From the NCBI GenBank assembly GCA_965229115.1, contig CBDDIR010000002.1, forward strand, positions 32,410 through 96,409: a stretch of 64,000 nucleotides of DNA, given 5' to 3'. Shown one piece after another: positions 9,509 to 17,488 of the stretch. Numbering within the stretch: the first letter of the stretch is position 1; each line of letters opens with the position of its first letter. The notes below the pieces were generated by a model. The model saw only the letters and a program-made list of their open reading frames with translations, did no database searches and was not told the origin of the DNA. This DNA is from Hyphomonadaceae bacterium (lineage in GTDB: Bacteria > Pseudomonadota > Alphaproteobacteria > Caulobacterales > Hyphomonadaceae). Made by a program: the position numbers and the translations under genes.

Positions 9509-10720
9509 TCAGGCCGTTGCGGTGGCAGGCTGCCGGCAGGAGGCGGCCACCGCGACGAATGCCGCGATGCTGATCGCTCCGAGGCATGCGTTTGCGACGA
9601 GGGCGAAGCTCAGCCCGATATTCTCCATGGCCGCCGCGAACACGAAGGGCGCCCCGGCGCCAACCGCCAGACGGGCGGCCGCCATCTTGCCGGTGATCGC
9701 GCCATATCCGTCCGATCCGAACAGGTAAAGGGGCAGGCTCCCTTGCGCGATGCTGTTGATGCCGGAACCAAGCCCGAGGCAAATGGCGAAGGCGACCGCA
9801 CCCGGCAGCCAGTTGCCCGTCATCAGAAGGATCAGGACGCCGAAGACGATCAGCACAGCCGAGAGCACGGCCAGACCCGGCGGCGACAGGTTCTTCCCAA
9901 AAACCATGTTGATCAGACGGCTCAGAACCTGCGCCGGGCCGAAGAGCGAGCCGATCACGACGGCGGCCGTGCCCAGCCCGATCGATCCCAGCATCGGCAC
10001 CATATGGGCAAGGATCGCGGCGAGCGTGAAGCCAGAGAGCGCGAAGGCAAAGGAGACGATCACCATCGCGCGGCGCCGGGCGTGTGGCGGGATTGCGCCG
10101 ATGACCGTCTCGCGCGGTCGGACCGCCGCGTCGCCTGCCTTCTTTCCGAGGCTTCGGATCCAGAAGTGCAGCGGCATGCAGATGAATAGGTTCAGCGCCG
10201 CAAAGACGAGATAGATCTCCCGCCAGGACAGATAGCCGGTGAGCGTCGCCGAGATCGGCCAGAAGATCGTCGAGGCAAATCCGCCGATCAGCGTCAGATA
10301 GGTGATGCTGCGAGAGGCTGTGCGGGGATCGCTCTCGACCAGCGCCGCGAATGCCGCCTGATACTGGACCATGCCGGACGAGACTTCGAGCAGGATGATG
10401 GCAATGGCGAAGATCGCGATCGAGGGTGACCAGGCGCAAAGGGCGAGCGTAAGTGCGGCAAGGGCAGAGCCGATCGTCATGATCGTGGCTGCGCCGATCC
10501 GGTCCATCTGCTTGCCGATATAGGTCGCCGACAGGCCACCGATGAACAGCGACACGGAGAACACACCAAACACTTCCGCCAGCGACAAGCCGAGATCCGA
10601 CGCCATGCCGGGCGCCAGGATGCTGAAGCTGTAATATAGCGTGCCGTAGCCGATGATCTGCGTCAGGCCGAGAGCCGAGACGAGCCCAGCCGAGATTTTC
10701 GAGCTACGCAACGACGTCAC
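9509..10720 (-). CDS. MFS transporter co-transcribed with arsR (ArsK-like candidate)
   Basis: 403-aa ORF with about 12 hydrophobic spans and a GTG start that overlaps the stop of the upstream arsR by 17 nt. The specific ArsK assignment is inference from context. Confidence 0.75.
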   Translation of the reverse strand: MTSLRSSKISAGLVSALGLTQIIGYGTLYYSFSILAPGMASDLGLSLAEVFGVFSVSLFIGGLSATYIGKQMDRIGAATIMTIGSALAALTLALCAWSPSIAIFAIAIILLEVSSGMVQYQAAFAALVESDPRTASRSITYLTLIGGFASTIFWPISATLTGYLSWREIYLVFAALNLFICMPLHFWIRSLGKKAGDAAVRPRETVIGAIPPHARRRAMVIVSFAFALSGFTLAAILAHMVPMLGSIGLGTAAVVIGSLFGPAQVLSRLINMVFGKNLSPPGLAVLSAVLIVFGVLILLMTGNWLPGAVAFAICLGLGSGINSIAQGSLPLYLFGSDGYGAITGKMAAARLAVGAGAPFVFAAAMENIGLSFALVANACLGAISIAAFVAVAASCRQPATATA

Positions 10721-11063
10721 TCTTGTCGGCCGGGATGCAGCAGTCGTCGGCGCGCTCGCCGTTCTCCCTGATCGTCGGATGACCAGCGCAGCAATCCTCC
10801 ATCAGGAATTTGACGAGATCGGCGAGCGTGTCGTAACCGGCGGTGTAGATGATCGAGCGGGATTCCCTTCGCTGCGAGATCAATCCTGACCGCTCCAGTT
10901 CCTTCAAATGGAACGAGGCATTCGTGGCGGACACGCCCATGCGCTCGGCGATCACGCCTGCGGCCAGTCCTTCAGGCCCGGCCACGACCAACGCTCGGAC
11001 GATGGCAAGGCGCGTCTCCTGAGACAGCGCCGCGAACGATGAAAGGGCTTGACGTTCATCCAT
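10704..11063 (-). CDS. arsR: Second ArsR/SmtB-family repressor (C-terminal Cys type)
   Basis: 119 aa with LSQETRLAIVRALV...IAERMGVSATNASFHLKELERSGLI and C-terminal LMEDCCAG...DDCCIP Cys pairs. Confidence 0.8.
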   Translation of the reverse strand: MDERQALSSFAALSQETRLAIVRALVVAGPEGLAAGVIAERMGVSATNASFHLKELERSGLISQRRESRSIIYTAGYDTLADLVKFLMEDCCAGHPTIRENGERADDCCIPADKSDVVA

Positions 11064-11105
11064 ACTTCAACAATCCTTGAACTATTGGATAGAGGGATAA
11101 CCCAC

Positions 11106-11623
11106 ATGAACGCGATCGACAAGTCAGTTTCGACCGACATCAGTCTCGGCCATCTCCTCGATGTGCTTGCGGTGGCGCCGGATGCCCCGCTCATCTTCAG
11201 TTATGAGGGCCGTCCGGTTCGGGCTGGCTATCACGTCACCGAGGTGAAGGCTGGGCAGTTTTTGGCACTCGACTGCGGTGCGAATCCGGAAGCATGGTCG
11301 GAGATCTTCGTCCAACTGTGGGATATCGATGAAGATAGTCGGACACACATGCCGGCCGGCAAGTTCTCAGCGATTATCCGTAAGGTCGCCGACCATGTGC
11401 GGTTAGAGCCGACGGCAAAACTCACGTTCGAATTCAGCAACGAGAGCGGCCAATGGCCCTCTACTGCGCAGCCGCGCCTCGTTTGATCTCGGGGACATTC
11501 GAGGTCGAGCTTGCCGCTCGGCCCGCGAGTTGCAAACCGCTAAACCGATGGCTGGCTGAGGACAGGGCGGCAGAGACCATAGTCTGCTGCAGTCCTCTGC
11601 AAACATCATGCCGGGTGTCGTAA
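11106..11623 (+). pseudogene. ars-associated DUF6428-like gene, apparently frameshifted
   Basis: MNAIDKSVSTDISLGHLLDVLAVAPDAPLIFSYEGRPVRAGYHVTEVKAG... reads to 11486. From about 11444 another frame continues protein-like (ERPMALYCAAAPRLISGTFEVELAARPASCKPLNRWLAEDRAAETIVCCSP, stop 11621-11623). The shift lies at the GAGAG run 11442-11446. Confidence 0.45.
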
Positions 11624-12802
11624 CGAACGCCGACCGCTGATTGCCAACATCGCTGCACCTAATCCACCAGAGACGATCGAACCGAGCAAAATCCCGATCT
11701 TTACGTGGTCCTGGACGTTCGGATCGTCGAAGGCAAGCAGTCCGATGAACAGCGACATGGTAAAGCCTATGCCGCACAACATTGCCGTCCCCGCCATCTG
11801 GCCCCAGCCTGCCTGCGCCGGAAGCTGTGCTAGACCGAGTTTGACGAGTATCAGCACTATACCGAAGATGCCGACAACCTTGCCGAGGAACAAGCCGACC
11901 GCCACGCCCATCGTCAGTGGTTCGGCAAAGACATCTAGCGTCAATCCCGATAATGACACACCTGCATTCGCGAAGCCGAAAATCGGCACAACGATGAAAG
12001 CGACCGGCTTGTGCAAAGCATGCTCCAGCCGGTGCAGCGGAGACTCTGCAGGTGCCGCTTCCGGCGTTCCGGGTGTAACCTTCAGCGGAATGGTCAATGC
12101 CAGCATCACACCTGCAAGCGTCGCGTGAACGCCTGACGCGAAGACCAGTACCCAGAGCACCGCGCCCAAAACTAGATACGGCCAGAGTGCCGTTACTTTC
12201 ATGCGATTGAAGATGACCAGGTTGCCCAGCACGATACCTGCACCCGCGAGCGCCATCAGGTTGAGGTCGGCAGTGTAGAAGACGGCGATGACAACGACGG
12301 CGCCTAGGTCGTCGATAATTGCCAGTGCCGCCAGAAAGATTTTGAGGGACGCCGGTACGCGGGAACCCAAAAGCGAAATGACTCCGAGCGCGAAGGCGAT
12401 GTCAGTCGCCGTCGGGATAGCCCAGCCACGCAATGCCGTCGGATCGTTCCGGTTGAAGAAGACGTAAATGAGGGCGGGCACGAGCATACCGGCAGCAGCA
12501 CCGGCGCCTGGCAGAATGCGACGGCTCCAGCTGGAAAGCTGTCCATCCAGCATCTCGCGCTTGATCTCCAGGCCGACCAGCAGGAAGAACACCGCCATCA
12601 ACGCGTCGTTGACCCAGTGCTGCAAGCTAAGAGGGCCAATATAGACATGCAGTAAGTGGAAATAGGTTTCGGCCAACGGCGAATTTGCGACGACAATCGC
12701 GATAAACGCTACGGCCATGAGCACCAGGCCACCGGATGCCTCGTTGTCGAGGAACTTGCGCAGAGTTGAGTTTGTGCGGCCCTTTGGAACTGTCGAAGAC
12801 AT
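11606..12802 (-). CDS. nhaA: Na+/H+ antiporter NhaA
   Basis: 398 aa. WVNDALMAVFFLLVGLEIKRE, WAIPTATDIAFALGV and ALAIIDDLGAVVVIA are hallmark NhaA segments. Confidence 0.9.
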   Translation of the reverse strand: MSSTVPKGRTNSTLRKFLDNEASGGLVLMAVAFIAIVVANSPLAETYFHLLHVYIGPLSLQHWVNDALMAVFFLLVGLEIKREMLDGQLSSWSRRILPGAGAAAGMLVPALIYVFFNRNDPTALRGWAIPTATDIAFALGVISLLGSRVPASLKIFLAALAIIDDLGAVVVIAVFYTADLNLMALAGAGIVLGNLVIFNRMKVTALWPYLVLGAVLWVLVFASGVHATLAGVMLALTIPLKVTPGTPEAAPAESPLHRLEHALHKPVAFIVVPIFGFANAGVSLSGLTLDVFAEPLTMGVAVGLFLGKVVGIFGIVLILVKLGLAQLPAQAGWGQMAGTAMLCGIGFTMSLFIGLLAFDDPNVQDHVKIGILLGSIVSGGLGAAMLAISGRRSLRHPA

Positions 12803-13037
12803 GGGTTCACGCTCCCTGTTTGGAAGTTGATCGAAGTCTCCGTCGATTTCGGGGGAACCCGCAGCGCACGCAGCACACGCCTGTCCAGTTTATAACCGTG
12901 CTGGCGGCACGGTTCCAGTAAAACCGGCCAATTCCGTACCGATTTCTCGCCGCTGCGAACGATTTTGGTGATGCTGATGACCAATATTATGCCGATCGGA
13001 CTCAATAACGGCCCCCAGGCAAGCGCCCTTTCCAAGT

Positions 13038-13072
13038 CATGCGGCATAATCCGGCTTACGGCATAATGGGTG
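13038..13072. repeat. Right terminal inverted repeat of the RIT element
   Basis: CATGCGGCATAATCCGGCTTACGGCATAATGGGTG is the reverse complement of 2617-2651 with 2-3 mismatches. An additional ATTATGCCG lies at 12986-12994. Confidence 0.75.
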
Positions 13073-13695
13073 ACCTCATGTCCGAGGACGGCGTAATAAC
13101 TCTCGGCATCCCGGAACGTCTCGAAACCCGGCATCTGAATGCTATCGCTGGATGGCTGATAGAAGGCCTGTGACCCACCATGCCGGATCACCGCGCCCGT
13201 ATTGGCGAAGAAGCGGTCCGCGTACTCGATGCGCCCGAGCGGCTCTGCGCCCGGTTCCGGGCGGTGATAGTAGTGATCCGGAAGCCCCTCGATTTGATCA
13301 CAATTGAACACCGTGTACGCCTTGAGGAACGGTATGTCGCGCTCGACTTCACCGCCGCCGGCATCCTTCTCGGTCTTCGTGAAGCGGCTGGCGTAGACGA
13401 CGGTCGCGCCGCTCTCGCCCTTGCGAACATGGGCGCCGAGTTCGTTCGCCTGGCGCAGCGTCATCCAAGTCGCCGACATGAACCCGCTGGCGATACTCTC
13501 GGACCAGAGCAGGAGGACATTCAGCCCCGTATATGGCTGGCCGTTATGGCGCAGCGGCCGGGTGATCCGGCCGGACATGTTGCCGGCACTCCAGGGCTGC
13601 ACCCACGGGCGCACGCCCTTCTCCAGATCGGCGACAATGCGCTCCGTGATCCGCGCATAGATGTCAATCCTCGCGCTTGCTGATTTCCTGCTCAT
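13069..13695 (-). pseudogene. ardC: ardC antirestriction gene, 5' fragment
   Basis: From ATG 13693-13695: MSRKSASARIDIYARITERIVADLEKGVRPWVQPW...LLWSESIASGF...WMTLRQANELGAHVRKGE...AVLGHEVTH. This is the ssDNA-binding N-domain plus the start of the HExxH motif. After HEVTH the reading frame runs into the element IR and becomes nonsense. Confidence 0.8.
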
Positions 13696-13938
13696 CCTTC
13701 TGACCTCCGTGTGAGGCCGCGCCCATCGCGGCCCCGTCGCGGAGGGTCGATGGCAGGAGCGGTCGGGCGGCATGCGCACCGGAACGGCCGGAACGAAGAG
13801 AAGGACGGCGTAGCCGTTGCGCCTGCCGTCGGCTCCTGCAGGACCGACAGAAGGGACGGGCCGCGATGGCGCCTGTCTCTCGCCCGATTTCTTTCTCTCT
13901 CACCTCTCCTGATGCGACTTCGCCGCGACGTCGAAACA

Positions 13939-13970
13939 TGAAAAGCCGCCCCCGTGAGGAGACGGCTTCT
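13939..13970 (-). terminator. Candidate rho-independent terminator downstream of 14016-14603
   Basis: Read on the minus strand, AAGCCG (13963-13968) and CGGCTT (13943-13948) form a 6-bp stem with a 14-nt loop, followed by TTTCATGTTT. Confidence 0.3.
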
Positions 13971-14015
13971 TCGTGGATACGATGAAGGCGGAGCCGAAGC
14001 CCCGCCAGGTCGGCC

Positions 14016-14603
14016 TCAATCGAAGGCCGACATCTGCGCAGCGGCCGCCTTGCGGTCGAGGGACTGGCCCGGATTATCAACCGGCCGGTCGAAAGGCTTC
14101 CATGCCTCGCCAACGATCTGCTCGTAGGCGGCGACGGCACCTTCGGCGGCCATCCGCAGCGCATGCGCCTGAACGCCCATGTCGGCCGCGAACTCGCGCT
14201 TGCGCTGGGCGGCGCTGTCGTAGCCGACGGGACCGTCAAGATCCTCGTCGCGCGCTTCGGCGGCACCCTTGGCGGTGGCGTCACGCGCCTCGGTGACGGC
14301 GCGGGAGTAGAACTGGCCGGCGCCATGAGCGGATCCGACATAGGCACCAACGATGCGCTGCAGATGGATCTGCATCGCCCGTTCACTTAAGCCCTCCGAG
14401 AGTCCTGTGGCGGTCTCCACGATCAGGCGCTCGTGCATGTCGCGGATGCCGTCGCTGTCGAGAATGGCGGTCCCGAAGCTCTCGGCGATCCGGAGCGCCT
14501 GCGCTTCATCGGGGCATGTGAGGCGGACCATTTCGATGGTGGCGCCCTTGCGGAGCTGGAGAACGCGGGCGGATTGGCGGGACTGGGTTGCGGGCTTTAC
14601 CAT
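14016..14603 (-). CDS. Conserved plasmid/ICE hypothetical protein
   Basis: The ORF has a plausible start at MVKPATQSRQSARVLQLRKG (ATG about 14603). Composition is non-repetitive, Ala/Glu-rich and helical. No motif was recognised. Confidence 0.5.
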   Translation of the reverse strand: MVKPATQSRQSARVLQLRKGATIEMVRLTCPDEAQALRIAESFGTAILDSDGIRDMHERLIVETATGLSEGLSERAMQIHLQRIVGAYVGSAHGAGQFYSRAVTEARDATAKGAAEARDEDLDGPVGYDSAAQRKREFAADMGVQAHALRMAAEGAVAAYEQIVGEAWKPFDRPVDNPGQSLDRKAAAAQMSAFD

Positions 14604-15130
14604 GATGGTTTCCTTTTCGGTTTCCCCGAAGCGGTTCGGCCCCTTGGCCGGTCTGCCCTTCGGTGCGGTCGAAGGGAACCGGCGCAAGCCGGGCGTTTCA
14701 GGGTCCGGTCAGGCCAGATCGAGCGGAGCCGGTGCGCGGGCAAGCGGGTCTTTGAGACCTGCGAGGCCCGCGTTCCTGCTCTGCGACAAGCGGCATGACC
14801 GGCCGCCCCGCGGCGCGACAGCGGCCTTGAAACGACCGGCAGCCGGTTCAGACCGCAACGAAACCGAAGGGCAGATCGGCAAAGGGATCGACATCGGATG
14901 CCAGAGCCGAAGAGGAAACCAGGCAAGGCGCTCGCCACACCAATTCCTATCTGCCGAAAGAGCTTCGCTCACCAGAGCCGGAATGCTCTAACGTCCACCT
15001 GATGTCCGCTGGTCTGCGAGGCGCTCTCGATGGGAAACCGGCGGCGGTTTGCTCTCGGCGGCTTTCCGCGATAGATGCGCTCCTGACATGCGGGGCCATT
15101 GCGAGGTCTCCCACGGAAGGGGCACAACAG

Positions 15131-15438
15131 ATGAGCGACCAGAGCAACGACGATTACGTCTATGACGAAGCAAGCGGGGAATGGCGGCCGGCCTCCGAAC
15201 TAGCTGCGGAGAAGGCGAAGGCAGCCGAAGTCCGGGATGCCTCCGGCAATATTCTCGCCGACGGCGACTCCGTAGTGCTGATCAAGGATCTGAAGGTCAA
15301 AGGGGCGCCGGCCAGACACTGAAGCAGGGCACCGTCATCAGGTCGATCCGGCTCACCGATAATCCGGAAGAGATCGATTGCCGCCACGACGCGATCAAGG
15401 GGCTGGTCCTGCGCACGGAATTCGTGCGCAAGCGCTGA
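15131..15438 (+). pseudogene. PhnA-like small protein, frameshifted
   Basis: MSDQSNDDYVYDEASGEWRPASELAAEKAKAAEVRDASGNILADGDSVVLIKDLKVKG stops after a shift. The next frame continues AGQTLKQGTVIRSIRLTDNPEEIDCRHDAIKGLVLRTEFVRKR, the PhnA C-terminal domain. The junction is at the GGGG run 15302-15305. Confidence 0.6.
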
Positions 15439-15447
15439 CGGGATGCG

Positions 15448-15663
15448 CTACCGTTTGGGCAAGCGGTAACGATCAAGCCAGGTGGGGCCGTGCGTGTTGC
15501 GAAGTCGGCGTAATATCCCGACATCGTCATGGGGCGCTTCGCCCATCCAGGCGTTGTTCAGGATGCGCTTCCACGAGCGGCCGTGTCTGGCGGCATAATC
15601 CTGAAGGGCATTCACCTCTTCCTCGGTCAGAGGTGGAAGCGGCTCGGCGTCGAAGCGCCTCAT
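15448..15663 (-). CDS. Hypothetical small protein (71 aa)
   Basis: The ORF MRRFDAEPLPPLTEEEVNALQDYAARHGRSWKRILNNAWMGE... overlaps the upstream ORF stop by 4 nt (translational coupling). Confidence 0.45.
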   Translation of the reverse strand: MRRFDAEPLPPLTEEEVNALQDYAARHGRSWKRILNNAWMGEAPHDDVGILRRLRNTHGPTWLDRYRLPKR

Positions 15664-16034
15664 GGCGCGCTCCTCTCACGACGGTGATGACGACATTCTC
15701 CTTCCGGGCCCCGAGCGGAAGCATTAAATTCCGGTCGCGCCTGGAAAGCGGCGATGGCCGCCTCCTGGCGCGCGAGCTTGCGGGCAAGAGCATCGATCTC
15801 CGGCTGCCGTTCCGCGGTGATCGCCGCCAGACTGGAGCGATAGCGGGCGAGGAAGGCTTCCGGCGCGGGCGGTTTACCCCGCCGGTATCCGCTTCGGCGC
15901 CGCCCGAGCGACGGGATGAGAGCCGTCATCTTGGCGGTAATCTGCCGGTCGATCATGTCGAGCTGGCGTTGAGTCTGGCGGCGGGCCTCTTCCATCCGGA
16001 AAAGCAACGCCTGACGTTCCGGGGACCGGGTCAT
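15660..16034 (-). CDS. Hypothetical protein (124 aa, coiled-coil-like)
   Basis: The ORF has a 4-nt overlap with both neighbours. It is Arg/Ala/Gln-rich. No domain was recognised. Confidence 0.4.
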   Translation of the reverse strand: MTRSPERQALLFRMEEARRQTQRQLDMIDRQITAKMTALIPSLGRRRSGYRRGKPPAPEAFLARYRSSLAAITAERQPEIDALARKLARQEAAIAAFQARPEFNASARGPEGECRHHRRERSAP

Positions 16035-16918
16035 GACGTCCCCCTCCCCTGCCAGACGACAAAGCTCGACGGCCCGTCATAGGACCGATGACGATCGACA
16101 TCGATGACGAAACCGAAGCGGCCCGGCTCGTATTCAACAGACGGCACGAGAAAACGCCGTTCCTCGGCATTGTGCTCCCGCTTTCCGCCGAGCGTGGCGA
16201 TCACTTCGGTCATGCCGGGATGATGATCAGAGCGAAGGGCGGAGATGACGATCCAGTCACCGGCATGGGCCGCCTCGAAAGCGCGACGGTCCTTCACATG
16301 AGATTCACCGGGCGCCAGGGTCGTGCCGAAGATGGTTTCCCAGGCGTCGGGCCACCAATCCTTGATCGACCGTTCCGCGCAGCGGCGTTCGAACGCGGTG
16401 AACAGGAAGGGGAAGGTGATCGCGACGATCGCCCAAGCGGAGTCCTCCTCATAGAAGCCGTCTTTCGACCGCAGCAGCGGGTGAACCTTTCGGTTGCGCT
16501 CAGCCGAGAGCTTGAAGCCGCTGTGCCCGGCGGTGGAATGGCACTCGACGCCCTCCGCATAGACGATCGTGCGCTGCGACATTCCCCAGGGCGTATGGAC
16601 ACGGGTGAAGATCTCGCAGCGGCCAAGTGCCTGCCGTTCGCGTTGATGTTCGGCGTTCTCGATCACGCGTGCACGAAACGCCGCCTCGTCGGCGAGTTCG
16701 CCGGAATGACCGTAGAAGTCGGATCGCCGCCACTCGGCGAACGGCCGGGCGATCTTCCAGCCAGTGGCAAGATAGTGCCGGCCTTCACGGCTAGGCAACA
16801 TCGCGAAGGCCGTGTCGCCAACGCGGGCGGCCGGAAATCCGTCGGCGGATCGACCAAAAGAGACCCCCAGGTATCCGGAAGTATCATTGGCTTCGGTCAT
16901 GACAGGGCTGGTGTTCAT
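16031..16918 (-). CDS. Conserved plasmid/ICE hypothetical protein (295 aa)
   Basis: Long ORF with balanced composition (..HTPWGMSQRTIVYAEGVECHSTAGHSGFKL..WAIVAITFPFLF..). It is coupled by 4-nt overlaps to its neighbours. The family was not recognised with confidence. Confidence 0.55.
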   Translation of the reverse strand: MNTSPVMTEANDTSGYLGVSFGRSADGFPAARVGDTAFAMLPSREGRHYLATGWKIARPFAEWRRSDFYGHSGELADEAAFRARVIENAEHQRERQALGRCEIFTRVHTPWGMSQRTIVYAEGVECHSTAGHSGFKLSAERNRKVHPLLRSKDGFYEEDSAWAIVAITFPFLFTAFERRCAERSIKDWWPDAWETIFGTTLAPGESHVKDRRAFEAAHAGDWIVISALRSDHHPGMTEVIATLGGKREHNAEERRFLVPSVEYEPGRFGFVIDVDRHRSYDGPSSFVVWQGRGTS

Positions 16919-17388
16919 GCTGCCGCCCTCCCCTCCACGACGTCGGCTGCGACCTCATCCGCAGTGACGACCTCCAGCACGGCATGAGGATAGCCGTGTC
17001 GGGACAGCCATTCCTCCGCGGCCTGGCCGTTATCGGCGAGGTGGACCAGTTCGGCATGTTCCCCGGGCCGGTCGAACACGCGGCAACTGCCGATGGCGGG
17101 GCGTTCTTCAATCGTGAACGTCAGACGGGTCTCCAGCGAGAAGGTCCGGTGAACGCGGATTGTGATGACGCCACCCGCGCCATGGTCGGCCTCATGAAGT
17201 GTAAAATTCGCCGGCAGGATGATCCCGCCGGGGCCAAGTTCGCCCTGTTTGCGGATCAGGCGGCCGCTGCTGTTATTGCTCTGCCATGCAGACAGCTTCC
17301 TGCGATGGCGTTCGGGTGGCTGCGGCGCGCCATCCGACCAGGCGATGATCGAGCCGATGGGTGCCATAAATGCGATATGCGCTGACAT
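16915..17388 (-). CDS. Hypothetical protein (157 aa)
   Basis: The start was chosen at MSAHIAFMAPIGSII (ATG 17386-17388, GGGAGAA RBS upstream). The longer 279-aa track ORF overlaps the upstream gene and looks spurious. Confidence 0.5.
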   Translation of the reverse strand: MSAHIAFMAPIGSIIAWSDGAPQPPERHRRKLSAWQSNNSSGRLIRKQGELGPGGIILPANFTLHEADHGAGGVITIRVHRTFSLETRLTFTIEERPAIGSCRVFDRPGEHAELVHLADNGQAAEEWLSRHGYPHAVLEVVTADEVAADVVEGRAAA

Positions 17389-17488
17389 GCAAGTTCTCCC
17401 TAAGTTTCGAGGGGTTGCGAAAACGAAACCGCCGCCGATGGAGATCACCGGCGGCGGAACATCATTCGAAAGGAAAGTGCGGGGGCGG

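Larger units (their letters stand above)
2593..13068. mobile_element. Recombinase-in-trio (RIT) element with ~7-kb ars/nhaA cargo, inserted in ardC
   Basis: It is bounded by near-identical 35-bp inverted repeats (2617-2651 vs 13038-13072), each followed inward by further ATTATGCCG 9-mers. It contains three ATGA-overlapping tyrosine recombinase genes at one end. The flanks join to restore the ArdC motif HEVTH|WVGASHRLNRD. Boundaries are uncertain by a few bp. Confidence 0.6.

Noticed and set aside
9426-10439. 337-aa minus-strand ORF overlapping the MFS transporter gene in another frame
   Set aside because: It is an Arg/Gly/Pro-rich shadow ORF. The membrane-protein frame (9509-10720) is clearly the coding one.
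13664-14386. 240-aa minus-strand ORF, and plus-strand ORFs 13973-14296 and 14353-14991
   Set aside because: They are Pro/Arg/Ser-rich shadow frames overlapping the better 14016-14603 ORF or non-coding DNA.
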